Below are positions 51,209 to 60,575 of a stretch of 64,000 bases of DNA, piece after piece. The stretch's first letter is position 1. Every line of letters begins with the position of its first letter. The stretch lies in NCBI GenBank assembly GCA_949288485.1, contig CASEKC010000001.1, positions 283,806 to 347,805 on the forward strand. The letters are read 5' to 3'. This DNA is from an uncultured bacterium (GTDB lineage Bacteria; Bacillota_I; Bacilli_A; RFN20; CAG-826). The position numbers were made by a program, and so were the translations under genes. The notes under the pieces are model-generated. The model saw only the letters and a list, made by a program, of their open reading frames with translations. It was not told the origin of the DNA and did no database searches.

Positions 51209-52279
51209 TTATTCTCCTTTTGTTTCAGTATTAACTTCAACTTTTGTTTCGTTTGTTTCAGCTTTTGCTTCTTCTTTTTTAACATCTTTATTTGCTTTAT
51301 TAGCAAATCTTGCTTCATATCTAGCTTTTTCTCTTTCCATTCTTTCTCTTTGCATTTCTCTTCTTGCAGCTAAACGTAAAGCATTTTCTCTATCAGCTTG
51401 TCTGATAGCATCTTTCATAGTAACTTCTTCGCCTTCATCTTTGCTATAAGCAATTTCTGGAAGTCCGCCCTTTGCTTCAACAATTGCATCAGCTAAAACA
51501 GAAATTAATAATTTAACACTCTTTTGAGCATCATCATTTCCAGGAATAACATAATTAATACCATCTGGATCACAATTTGTATCACAAATTGCAAAAACAG
51601 GAATATTTAATTTAATAGCTTCTTTAATAGCGATTCTTTCTTCAGTTGGATCAATAACGATTAAAGCATTAGGAGCTTTTCTCATTTCCTTGATACCATC
51701 TAAGTTTTTAGCAAGTTTTTCTTTTTCTTTTCTTAAAGCAGCTTGTTCTTTTTTAGGAAGTCTATCCCAAACACCATCAGATTCTTCTTGTTCTAATTCT
51801 TTTAATTTTTTAATTCTTAATTGAATAGTTTTGAAGTTTGTTAATGTTCCACCAAGCCATCTATTTGTGATATAGAAAGATCCGCTTCTTTCAGCTTCTT
51901 CTTTAACGATATCTTTAGCAACTTGTTTTGTACCAACTAAAAGAACTTTACCGCCTTCTAAGACGATTTCTTTTAATTTTTTATAAGAATTTTCAACAGC
52001 TTCTTTTGATTTATTTAAATCAATAATGTAGATTCCATTACGTGCGCAATAGATAAATGGTTTCATTTTTGGATTCCATTTTCTAGTTTGATGTCCATAG
52101 TGAACACCTGCTTCAAGTAATTTCTTTAATGTAATGATAGGAGCATTTGGATCAAAAACTGCTTCTGCCATTTCTTGTTGTTCAGCTTCTTTTGCTGCCT
52201 CTTCTTTTTGTTCTTGTTCAGCGACTTTAACTTCTTTTTCAGCTTCGTCAAGAACGACATTTAAATTTTCTTCAGACAT
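51209..52279 (-). CDS. rpsB: 30S ribosomal protein S2 with N- and C-terminal extensions
   Basis: LLEAGVHYGHQTRKWNPKM, RWLGGTLTN, DTNCDPD, IPGNDD. Confidence 0.98.
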   Translation of the reverse strand: MSEENLNVVLDEAEKEVKVAEQEQKEEAAKEAEQQEMAEAVFDPNAPIITLKKLLEAGVHYGHQTRKWNPKMKPFIYCARNGIYIIDLNKSKEAVENSYKKLKEIVLEGGKVLLVGTKQVAKDIVKEEAERSGSFYITNRWLGGTLTNFKTIQLRIKKLKELEQEESDGVWDRLPKKEQAALRKEKEKLAKNLDGIKEMRKAPNALIVIDPTEERIAIKEAIKLNIPVFAICDTNCDPDGINYVIPGNDDAQKSVKLLISVLADAIVEAKGGLPEIAYSKDEGEEVTMKDAIRQADRENALRLAARREMQRERMEREKARYEARFANKANKDVKKEEAKAETNETKVEVNTETKGE

Positions 52280-52301
52280 TAAGTCTCCTCCTTATTTGTT
52301 A

Positions 52302-52374
52302 AGCCTCCACTACTTCGAACAGCCTTCCCTACATTAATAAAATGTAGACTAGGACGCTGAATTCATAGTGTGCG
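52302..52374 (-). ncRNA. rpsB (S2) autoregulatory leader
   Basis: GCACAC...nested stems (CAGC/GCTG, CTACATT/AATGTAG)...GTGGAGGC, matching conserved ends of S2 leaders. Confidence 0.7.
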
Positions 52375-52447
52375 TATTCTTTTAGGCATCAAAAAACCCA
52401 AAAGTATGAATATTATATATATATTTAAGGTTATATGCAAACCATTT

Positions 52448-53386
52448 TTACTTATTTTTTGTCGAATTTTGTGGGAAATATTTGTTATATTCGTTTTTAA
52501 TTTTTTCTTTTGAAACATGCATATAAATTGAGGTTGTTCCAACTGATTCATGCCCCATAAGTTCTTGAATCATTCTTAAGTCTGCTCCCTTATCTAAAAG
52601 ATGAGTTGCAAAAGAATGCCTTAAAACGTGAGGATGTAAATCAAATCCTAATGAAAGACCCGTTTTTTTAACAATTTCTTTTAAAATATATTCTAAACCA
52701 CGACTAGTTAATTGTTTTCCTTTAGAATTTAGGAAAAAATAAGGTGTTTTTTTATCAACTTCATTATCTTCTATTAATTGAACTCTTAAAAATTTAGCAT
52801 AATCAATCATCGCGATTTTAGCATCATTAGAAAAAGGAACGATTCTTTCTTTATTTCCTTTACCAATAATTCGCATATAACGAGATGAAAAAACAATATC
52901 GCTCGTTTTTAAATTAATTACTTCAGAACATCTTAAACCAGAAGAATACATCAATTCTAATAAAGCTTGATCACGGCTTTGCAAATTATCTACACGCTTT
53001 TTATTTGCTTCTAATAAAGCTTTAATTTGTGATTCGTATAAAACTTCAGGCAATTTATCATGCTTTTTAGGTGATACGATTAATAAAAACGGATTAGAAT
53101 CGACCATATTTAAATCATATAAATAAGAATAATATTTTTTTAAAGCCGAAATTCTTCTTCTAAGAGATCTAGGAGATTCATTATTTCCTCGATAAGTTTT
53201 ATTTTTCAATCGTTCAGCCATAAATAGACGAACATCATCACGTGTTATTTTTCTAAAATCTAATTGTTTTTCAATTAAAAAGTTCTCAAAAATATTTATA
53301 TCTTGAGAGTATGATTTAATAGTATTTTCACTATAATTTAATTCGTGTTTAAGATGCGATAAAAATAATGCTTGCTCTTTAGTCAT
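52448..53386 (-). CDS. xerC: Tyrosine recombinase XerC (CodV-like)
   Basis: SGLRCSE, GKGNKERIVP, HPHVLRHSFATH, LMGH, TSIY; synteny after trmFO. Confidence 0.9.
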   Translation of the reverse strand: MTKEQALFLSHLKHELNYSENTIKSYSQDINIFENFLIEKQLDFRKITRDDVRLFMAERLKNKTYRGNNESPRSLRRRISALKKYYSYLYDLNMVDSNPFLLIVSPKKHDKLPEVLYESQIKALLEANKKRVDNLQSRDQALLELMYSSGLRCSEVINLKTSDIVFSSRYMRIIGKGNKERIVPFSNDAKIAMIDYAKFLRVQLIEDNEVDKKTPYFFLNSKGKQLTSRGLEYILKEIVKKTGLSLGFDLHPHVLRHSFATHLLDKGADLRMIQELMGHESVGTTSIYMHVSKEKIKNEYNKYFPQNSTKNK

Positions 53387-54668
53387 TTAAATATTTTTTA
53401 AATTCTTCAATTGCCTTTAAAGAAGTATCGATTACTTTGTTTTTGTCTTCTTTATTTGCTCTATAAATTATACCAAAATTTGCATTCATCGGTTGAAAAT
53501 TGTTTAGTCCGGTATGTGTTATATATCTAACTAATGCACCTAAAACAGTATTAAAAGATAATGGCTTAAATTCTTTATTTTTAAGACGTAAATATAAATA
53601 TATTGCTGCTAATAAGCCACTAGCTGCGCTTTCAACATAGCCTTCAACTCCACTAAGTTGACCAGCAATAAAAATATTTTTATTAACTTTCATCGATAAA
53701 TCATCATTTAATATTTTTGGAGCATAAATATAAGAATTTCTATGCATTAATCCATATCTTGCAAATTTGGCATTTTCTAAACCTGGAATAAGTGAAAAAA
53801 CTCTTTTTTGTTCACCGTATGTTAAATTTGTTTGAAAACCTACTAAATTATAAAAATCTCCAATTAAATCATCCTGTCTTAATTGAACAACCGCATAATA
53901 TTGATGGTTGTTATTTTCTAATCCAACCGGTTTCAAAGGACCGAATCTTAATGTATCGATTCCTCTAGAAGCTAAAACTTCAATTGGAAGACAACCTTCA
54001 AAATAATTTTTATCAAAATCATGAAGTAACGCTTTTTTTGCATTAATTAGCTCATTATAGAACTTAAAATATTCTTCTTTTTCCATTCCGCAGTTTATAT
54101 AAGAGCCATCATCTTGGTCATATCTTGATTTTATAAAAACTTTTGAAAAATCAATTGAATCTTTATAGATAATTGGTGCTGAAGCATCATAAAAACCATA
54201 ACTATCAATTTTAGTTAAAGAATTAATTTCATCTAAAATTTCTTTTCCACTCAATGGACCAGTCGCAATAATATTAATTCCTTCAGGTAATTTTGTTGCA
54301 TTTTCCTTAATAATAGTTATATTAGGATTATTTTTAATTTTTTCTGTTATATAAGACGCAAAAATTTCTCTATCAACTGCCAAAGCATCTCCACTTTTAA
54401 CTTCGCTTACTTTGCTTGCTTCCATCATTATTGAGCCTAAACGAGAAATTTCTTCTTTTAATAAACCACAAGCATTATCAAGTTTTTTACTTTTTAATGA
54501 ATTTGAACAAACAAGTTCACCAAAAAGATCGCTATGATGGGCGCCATCGTTAAATTCAGGTCTTCTTTCATATAGATTAACTTTAATGCCACGATTTGCT
54601 AAGAAATTAGCAGCCTCTGAGCCAGCTAAACCAGCTCCAATAATATTTATAACTAAATCTTTATCCAT
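53379..54668 (-). CDS. trmFO: Folate-dependent tRNA m5U54 methyltransferase
   Basis: GAGLAGSEAA, ELVCSNSL, YFEGCLPIE, VGFQT, GVEGYVES. Confidence 0.96.
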   Translation of the reverse strand: MDKDLVINIIGAGLAGSEAANFLANRGIKVNLYERRPEFNDGAHHSDLFGELVCSNSLKSKKLDNACGLLKEEISRLGSIMMEASKVSEVKSGDALAVDREIFASYITEKIKNNPNITIIKENATKLPEGINIIATGPLSGKEILDEINSLTKIDSYGFYDASAPIIYKDSIDFSKVFIKSRYDQDDGSYINCGMEKEEYFKFYNELINAKKALLHDFDKNYFEGCLPIEVLASRGIDTLRFGPLKPVGLENNNHQYYAVVQLRQDDLIGDFYNLVGFQTNLTYGEQKRVFSLIPGLENAKFARYGLMHRNSYIYAPKILNDDLSMKVNKNIFIAGQLSGVEGYVESAASGLLAAIYLYLRLKNKEFKPLSFNTVLGALVRYITHTGLNNFQPMNANFGIIYRANKEDKNKVIDTSLKAIEEFKKYLND

Positions 54669-56742
54669 TATTTTTACCATTAATAGGTTCTATATAGTCG
54701 CAATTTGGATAAGAAGAACAGCCATAAAAATAGCCTCTTTTGCTTCTTCTTTTAACTAAAAGAGCTCCACATTTAGGACAGTATCTTTTTTCTTCTTCCT
54801 CTCCTTGATCAATATATCGGCAATTTGGGAAATTTGAGCAGCCAATAAATGTATCGCCTTTTTTGTTTTTACGATAAACGAGCGGAGAGCCACAATTAGG
54901 GCAATTTCTTCCTACCTCAATTGGTTTCTCTTTTTCTTCTTTTTTAATATATTTACAACTTGGATAATTGCTGCAAGCAACAAATTCCCCATATCTTCCT
55001 TTTCTAACTACTAAATCTGAACCACAAACTGGACATTGTTCACCAGTTTTTTTAAGAGGTTCTTTATACATTTGGTCTTTAACTTCATTAAATTTATCAA
55101 TAAATGGGAAATAAAAATCAGAAATAACTTTCTTCTCATCTGCTTCACCATTTTGAATTCTATCAAGATTATTTTCCATTTCAGCAGTATATTCAGTATT
55201 TATTAAGTCAGGGAAATATTTTGCTAAAACTTTAGAAGTTAAAACACCTTGTTCTGTTGGAGTTAAAATTCCTTTTGAAGAAGTAATATATTTTCTTGCT
55301 ACTAAAGTTTGGATTGTGGAAGAATAGGTAGAAGGTCTACCAATACCCTTTTCTTCCATCAATTTTACAAGCTTTCCTTCGCTATATCTTGCTGGCGGTT
55401 TTGTTTCATCTTCTTCAAGCTTTACATCAGTAAGATCATACTTATCTCCGATTTTAAATTCTGGAATTAAATTATCAGCTTCTTCGTCTTTAAAAACATC
55501 AAAACCAGGGAATAAAGTTTTTGAGCCGGTTAATTTGAAATTTAATGAATTTGTTGCTTCAAGTATAACGCTTGTTTGTAAGACTTTTTTATTGCTCATT
55601 AAACAAGAAACGCTTCTTTCAAAAATTAATTTATATAGTTTATAAGCTTTTGCTGATAAATATTTTTTCATTTTTTCTGGAGTTCTTTCTAAAGAAGTTG
55701 GACGAATTGCTTCGTGTGCGTCTTGGGCATTTTTAACTTCTTTTTTACTAACTTGTGGTCCTTTATAAAACTCTTCACCATATTTTGAAATAATATAATC
55801 TTTACAATAAGAGATAAATAAATCAGAAAGTTTTGTTGAATCTGTTCTAATATATGTAATTAAGCCAGTTAAGCCTTCATCAGTTTCAATACCCTCATAT
55901 AATTCTTGGGCTAAAAAAGTAGTTTCTTTTGTTGAAAAACCGTATTTAGAAAATGCAGCTTGTTGCAAAGTAGATGTTCTAAATGGTTCTTTCGCACTTA
56001 AAAATTTCTCTTTTGAATCAACTAATAAAACTTTAACTTCATTTGTTAATGTATCAAGAGCTTCTTTAGCTAAGTTTTCATCTTTAAAATTATCCATCTT
56101 TTCATTTTTATAAGAAACTAAACTCAATGGAAATTTATTTTCTTTAACTTTTAAAGATGCAAACAATTTATAAAATTTTTCACTTTTAAAGTCTTGAATC
56201 TCTTTTTCGTGATCACAAATTAACTGTAATGCGACTGATTGAACTCTACCTGCACTTTCACTATTAATTTTTGCCTTTAGAAGACTAGAAAGTTTAAAAC
56301 CAATGATTCTATCAATAATTCTTCTTGTTTCTTGAGCGTGAACAAGATTCATATCGATAGTTCTTGGATTTTCAATTGCCTTTTTTATTGAATCTTTAGT
56401 AATTTCATGAAATTCTAATCTTTTTGTTGATTCAATAGGCAAATCTAAAACTTTAGCTAAAGAATATGCAATAGCTTCTCCTTCTCTATCAGGGTCGGTT
56501 GCAAGAATAACTTCCTCAGCTTTTTTTGCACTTTTTTTAAGTGTTTTAACTAAACTAAGTTTATCTTTTGAAATAATATATTTAGGTTCAAAGTTATTTT
56601 CAACATCAACACCAAGTCCACCTTTTCCAGAAATAGCTAAATCTTTTACGTGGCCTTTAGATGCTTCGACTTCATAACCTTCCCCTAAATAATGAGCGAT
56701 AGTTTTACTTTTTGTTGGTGATTCTACAATAACTAATTTCAT
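54661..56742 (-). CDS. topA: DNA topoisomerase I
   Basis: IVESPTK, ATDPDREGEAI, SAGRVQS, ITYIRTDS, AHEAIRPT, three C4 zinc ribbons. Confidence 0.98.
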   Translation of the reverse strand: MKLVIVESPTKSKTIAHYLGEGYEVEASKGHVKDLAISGKGGLGVDVENNFEPKYIISKDKLSLVKTLKKSAKKAEEVILATDPDREGEAIAYSLAKVLDLPIESTKRLEFHEITKDSIKKAIENPRTIDMNLVHAQETRRIIDRIIGFKLSSLLKAKINSESAGRVQSVALQLICDHEKEIQDFKSEKFYKLFASLKVKENKFPLSLVSYKNEKMDNFKDENLAKEALDTLTNEVKVLLVDSKEKFLSAKEPFRTSTLQQAAFSKYGFSTKETTFLAQELYEGIETDEGLTGLITYIRTDSTKLSDLFISYCKDYIISKYGEEFYKGPQVSKKEVKNAQDAHEAIRPTSLERTPEKMKKYLSAKAYKLYKLIFERSVSCLMSNKKVLQTSVILEATNSLNFKLTGSKTLFPGFDVFKDEEADNLIPEFKIGDKYDLTDVKLEEDETKPPARYSEGKLVKLMEEKGIGRPSTYSSTIQTLVARKYITSSKGILTPTEQGVLTSKVLAKYFPDLINTEYTAEMENNLDRIQNGEADEKKVISDFYFPFIDKFNEVKDQMYKEPLKKTGEQCPVCGSDLVVRKGRYGEFVACSNYPSCKYIKKEEKEKPIEVGRNCPNCGSPLVYRKNKKGDTFIGCSNFPNCRYIDQGEEEEKRYCPKCGALLVKRRSKRGYFYGCSSYPNCDYIEPINGKNNG

Positions 56743-56765
56743 CTTTTCCTCTTTTTCGTTTTTAA

Positions 56766-56794
56766 AATATATAAATAATCTTAAGTTTTGTAAA
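56766..56794 (-). promoter_or_regulatory. Putative topA promoter
   Basis: TTTACA-17bp-TATATT on minus strand. Confidence 0.55.
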
Positions 56795-56842
56795 GTAGGA
56801 AAATTTCTTATATATATCTTATATATATAAAGATTTTTTCAT

Positions 56843-57613
56843 TTAAAATAAACCTTCTAAATCTTTGGCATTTTCAATTAAGGCAGCACCGTCTTTTATA
56901 AATTTATTAGGATTTGATTCTCTTAAAGCACTTGAAGGAACACAGCCAACATTTTTACCAAAATATATAGCATAATTAACTGTATTAACTGCTCCACTAC
57001 GATCATAAGATTCAATTAATAAAGTGCATTTTGATAAACCAGCAATTATTCGATTTCTAACTAAAAATGAATTTTGAGTTCCAACAACTCCATTAGGATA
57101 TTCACTTAAAATAAGTCCATTATTAGCTGGAATTTTCTTATATAATTCTTTATTACACTTCGGATATTCAATATCAATTCCATTTCCCAATACTGCAATT
57201 GTTTTTAAATTATTTTTTAATGCTTCTTCATGTGCTTTTCTATCGATTCCTTTAGCAAGACCACTTACTATACAAGTATCTTTTGGAAGATCTTTAATAA
57301 TTTTTAAAGTCATTGCTTCTCCATAAAGAGTAGAATTTCTACTTCCAACAACTGCTAAATAATGATAATTAGCATCATTAATCAATGTTCTATTTCCTTT
57401 ATAAAATAAAACAAATGGTGGTTTTTCGATGTTTTTTAAGACTAATGGATAATCCTCATCTAAAATAGTGATTGCATCAACATCAAGTTCATCAATTTGT
57501 CGAATGTCTTCTTCACTAAAATGAGTTCTTTTGTTTTTAAATTCATCCATCATTAAGTCCCAATCACCTTTATACTTCATTGATAAATAAATTAAAATAT
57601 TTCTTGATCTCAT
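56843..57613 (-). CDS. dprA: DNA-processing protein DprA
   Basis: PPFVLFYKG, AVVGSR, IVSGLAKGID..AH, LSEYP, RNRIIAGLS. Confidence 0.95.
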   Translation of the reverse strand: MRSRNILIYLSMKYKGDWDLMMDEFKNKRTHFSEEDIRQIDELDVDAITILDEDYPLVLKNIEKPPFVLFYKGNRTLINDANYHYLAVVGSRNSTLYGEAMTLKIIKDLPKDTCIVSGLAKGIDRKAHEEALKNNLKTIAVLGNGIDIEYPKCNKELYKKIPANNGLILSEYPNGVVGTQNSFLVRNRIIAGLSKCTLLIESYDRSGAVNTVNYAIYFGKNVGCVPSSALRESNPNKFIKDGAALIENAKDLEGLF

Positions 57614-57675
57614 ACTTTTAAAAAAGCCTCCTTAAATACAAGAAGGCTAAAAAAATAAAATTTATTCACATTTTT

Positions 57676-58296
57676 TTAAAAAAGTGTAATTGGCGGATAC
57701 AATATTTCCTTGACAGGTTTATAACTTTCTCGATAAAAACCTTTAATTATTCCATATTTTTTAATAATTTCTAGATGTTCTTTAGTGGGATAACCTTTAT
57801 GTTTATTAAAATTATATTCTGGATATTTTTTTGCATATTCATCCATAATTCTATCTCTTGTTACTTTAGCAATTATCGAAGCTGCGGCAATACATCTTGC
57901 TTTTGCATCTCCTTTAACTAAACTAATTGCTTCAAGATTATTAAATTTTAAAGGCATATAATCAGTTAAAATAAGATCAATAGGAATTTTAATTTCTTTT
58001 AATGATAAAAGCATTGCTTTTTTAGAAGCAGAATAAATATTAATTTCATCAATTTCTTTAGGCGAAACGATACCAATTCCAATAGCTAAAGCATTATTTT
58101 GAATAATATCAAAAAGTTTATCTCTTTCTTTAGCACTTAATTTTTTAGAATCATTTATAAAATCGTTTTTAAAATCAGCTGGTAAAATAACTGCACTAGC
58201 AACAACTGGACCACATAAAGGGCCTCTTCCTGCTTCATCACACCCAGCAATATTTTTAATATTATCGTTAAAATATTTATCTTCAAAATTTAACAT
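57676..58296 (-). CDS. rnhB: Ribonuclease HII
   Basis: GCDEAGRGPL.GPVV, DSKKL, KGD, AASIIAKVTRD, HKGYPT. Confidence 0.96.
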   Translation of the reverse strand: MLNFEDKYFNDNIKNIAGCDEAGRGPLCGPVVASAVILPADFKNDFINDSKKLSAKERDKLFDIIQNNALAIGIGIVSPKEIDEINIYSASKKAMLLSLKEIKIPIDLILTDYMPLKFNNLEAISLVKGDAKARCIAAASIIAKVTRDRIMDEYAKKYPEYNFNKHKGYPTKEHLEIIKKYGIIKGFYRESYKPVKEILYPPITLF

Positions 58297-59161
58297 CTTC
58301 AACTCTTTCAATAGTAAATTTTCCTATTATTCCATTTCTAAACTCGTTTAAAATAACTTTAATAGTTTTTTCTAAATCAACACTATTATCTTTATTTAAT
58401 AATCCTCTTTTTCTACCAATTGTTTCTAAAATAAAATTATTTTCATCATTTTCTTTAAATTCATATTTATAACGAATATTAAAATCATTTAAATAATATT
58501 TTTTTATAAAACTCATCATTTGTTCAAAAATTTCATCTAAAGGAAGGATATCTTCTTTGATAGTTCCTAAAAGAGCAAGATTTATTGCACTCTTTTTATC
58601 TTTAAATTGAGGAAGTAATATTCCAGGAGTATCCATTATTTCAAAATTTTTATTTACCTTTATCCATCTAATTGCTTTTGTAACTCCCGGCTCATTTTTG
58701 GCAATTGCAATACTTTTTTTAGCCATTAAATTAATAAAGGTAGATTTCCCAACATTAGGAATTCCTACAACCATTGCTCTAATCGATATATTTTTAATAC
58801 CTTTTTTTAAATATTTTTCTCTTTTTTCATCAATATAAACATTAATTAAAGATAAAATATCATTAACAATCTTTTGATTTTTTAAATCGACTACCATTGC
58901 TAAATCATTATTTTTAGTTAAATATTTTTCCCATTTTTTTGATTCATTTTCATCACTTAAATCCTTTTTTGATAATAAAAATACTTTCTTTTTATCTTTA
59001 ATTATTTCCATTAAATATGGATTATAGCTTGATAAAGGAATTCTTGAATCTAACAAAACTATCACAAAATCAACTAATTTAAGTTTTTCACTTATTAAAT
59101 TAGATGCTTTTTTCATATGACCTGGAAACCAGTGAATATTTTTAACTTTATTATTTTCCAT
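58283..59161 (-). CDS. rbgA: Ribosome biogenesis GTPase RbgA/YlqF
   Basis: HWFPGHM, DSRIPLSS.NP, GIPNVGKST, PGVT, DTPG. Confidence 0.96.
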   Translation of the reverse strand: MENNKVKNIHWFPGHMKKASNLISEKLKLVDFVIVLLDSRIPLSSYNPYLMEIIKDKKKVFLLSKKDLSDENESKKWEKYLTKNNDLAMVVDLKNQKIVNDILSLINVYIDEKREKYLKKGIKNISIRAMVVGIPNVGKSTFINLMAKKSIAIAKNEPGVTKAIRWIKVNKNFEIMDTPGILLPQFKDKKSAINLALLGTIKEDILPLDEIFEQMMSFIKKYYLNDFNIRYKYEFKENDENNFILETIGRKRGLLNKDNSVDLEKTIKVILNEFRNGIIGKFTIERVEDVKF

Positions 59162-59180
59162 ACGTTTTAGATTTTACAAT

Positions 59181-59215
59181 AAAAAAATAAGATGGGTAAG
59201 CCCCATCTTATTTTT
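59181..59215 (-). terminator. Terminator after rplS
   Basis: AAAAATAAGATGGG-GCTTA-CCCATCTTATTTTT on minus strand. Confidence 0.85.
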
Positions 59216-59221
59216 AAATAA

Positions 59222-59572
59222 CTATTTAAGAATTTGTTTAATTCTTGCAGATTTACCACTTCTTTGTCTAAGGTAAGTAATTTTATTTCTTCTAACTTTA
59301 CCTCTTTTAGCAACTTCAATTTTTGTGACGTTTGGTGAGTGTAATGGGAAGATTCTTTCAACACCGATTCCACTAGAAATTTTTCTAACAGTAAATGTTT
59401 CATTAACTCCGCCACCTCTTCTAGCCATAACTACACCTTCAAAAATTTGAATTCTAGTTTTGCCATTTTCTGTAATTCTAACGGAAACTTTAACAGTATC
59501 ACCACTTGAGAATACAGGGACGTCATCTCTTAATTGAGTAGCAGTAACTTCTTTGACTAAATTTTTATTCAT
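59222..59572 (-). CDS. rplS: 50S ribosomal protein L19
   Basis: [37 protein letters not shown]. Confidence 0.98.
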   Translation of the reverse strand: MNKNLVKEVTATQLRDDVPVFSSGDTVKVSVRITENGKTRIQIFEGVVMARRGGGVNETFTVRKISSGIGVERIFPLHSPNVTKIEVAKRGKVRRNKITYLRQRSGKSARIKQILK

Positions 59573-59601
59573 TGTTACTTTCCTCCTATTTTCGTTCTCT
59601 T

Positions 59602-59638
59602 AGTGTTCATATATAATAGTTAAATATAGCGGACCACT
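59602..59638 (-). ncRNA. L19 leader RNA
   Basis: AGTGGTCCGCTATAT...ATATATGAACACT: CCGCU motif in a stem just upstream of the rplS RBS. Confidence 0.65.
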
Positions 59639-59677
59639 CGTATCATTTTTAATTAAATTCCTTAAAAATGCTTTAAT

Positions 59678-59706
59678 ATTTTATATAAAACTTCCTATAA
59701 AGTAAA
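59678..59706 (-). promoter_or_regulatory. Putative rplS promoter
   Basis: TTTACT-17bp-TAAAAT on minus strand. Confidence 0.55.
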
Positions 59707-59767
59707 GTTTTTTCTATCCTTATTCTAGATTTTCTATAATCTATTTCACTATGTTAAGTATTTATAC

Positions 59768-59796
59768 TTGACACGTATAATTTTTTTCTATAATAT
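59768..59796 (+). promoter_or_regulatory. Putative rpsP promoter
   Basis: TTGACA-17bp-TAATAT (overlapping TATAAT at 15 bp). Confidence 0.7.
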
Positions 59797-59841
59797 TATG
59801 CATGTTGAATTTAAATTTTATTAAAAAGGAGATATGAATTT

Positions 59842-60255
59842 ATGGCAGTTAAAATTAGATTAACAAGAATTGGTAGACATAAAGATCCTATTTATAGAAT
59901 CGTCGCTGCAGATCATAAATATGCTAGAGATGGCAGATATATTGAACAAGTCGGTTATTACGATCCATCAAAAGGAATCGAAAATGCTACATTAAACGAA
60001 GAATTAGTTATTAAATGGTTAAATCAAGGTGCTCAATATAGCGATACTATTAAAGCAATCTTATCAAACAAAGGTTTAATTAAAAAAGCTAAAGAAAATA
60101 AAGGCGAAGTCGTTAAAAAAGCTAAAGTAGTTAAAACTGCTAGCCCAAAAGCTGAAGCTAAACCAAAAACAAAAAAAGTAGCTAAAAAAGCTCCTAAAGC
60201 TAAAAAGGTCGAAGAAGCTCCAGTTGAAAACACTGAAGTTAAGGAAGGAGAATAA
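59842..60255 (+). CDS. rpsP: 30S ribosomal protein S16 with Lys/Ala-rich tail
   Basis: MAVKIRLTR.G....PIYRIV, RDGRYIE.VG.YDP, WL..GAQ. Confidence 0.97.
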   Translation: MAVKIRLTRIGRHKDPIYRIVAADHKYARDGRYIEQVGYYDPSKGIENATLNEELVIKWLNQGAQYSDTIKAILSNKGLIKKAKENKGEVVKKAKVVKTASPKAEAKPKTKKVAKKAPKAKKVEEAPVENTEVKEGE

Positions 60256-60263
60256 TAATTAAT

Positions 60264-60521
60264 ATGGATTACATTAAATTAATCCACACAATTATTGATT
60301 CTTTTATCAATAATCCTGAGGCTGTTTTAATTAGAGAATTACCTCAAGAAAATGAAAAAGATAAAACAATTCTAATTTGTACAGAAAATGATGATACAGC
60401 TCGTTTAATTGGCAAAAAGGGCTGTGTTGCTAATGCAATAAGAGAAATCGTTACTATTGCTGGTAAATTAGAAAATAAAAAAGTTCATATTAAATTTGAA
60501 TCTTTCGAACAAGACAAATAA
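60264..60521 (+). CDS. khpA: KH-domain RNA-binding protein KhpA
   Basis: LIGKKG..ANAIR GxxG loop; synteny after rpsP. Confidence 0.88.
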   Translation: MDYIKLIHTIIDSFINNPEAVLIRELPQENEKDKTILICTENDDTARLIGKKGCVANAIREIVTIAGKLENKKVHIKFESFEQDK

Positions 60522-60524
60522 AAT

Positions 60525-60550
60525 AAAAAGGAGTTATAACTCCTTTTTTT
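60525..60550 (+). terminator. Terminator between khpA and rimM
   Basis: AAAAAGGAGTTA/TAACTCCTTTTT palindrome with T-run. Confidence 0.8.
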
Positions 60551-60575
60551 AATAAAAACTAATAGGGAATAAATT

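Noticed and set aside
52448-53386. Tyrosine recombinase as a mobile-element integrase
   Set aside because: It sits in the conserved topA-trmFO-xerC context, so it is housekeeping XerC.
59167-59415. 82-aa alternative-frame ORF over rplS
   Set aside because: No RBS, runs through the terminator; shadow ORF.
59690-59717. ACTTCCTATAA resembles the XerC arm of a Bacillota dif site near the inversion breakpoint
   Set aside because: The second arm (TTATGTAAACT) is absent, no partner site is at the other breakpoint, and the sequence is the spacer of the putative rplS promoter.
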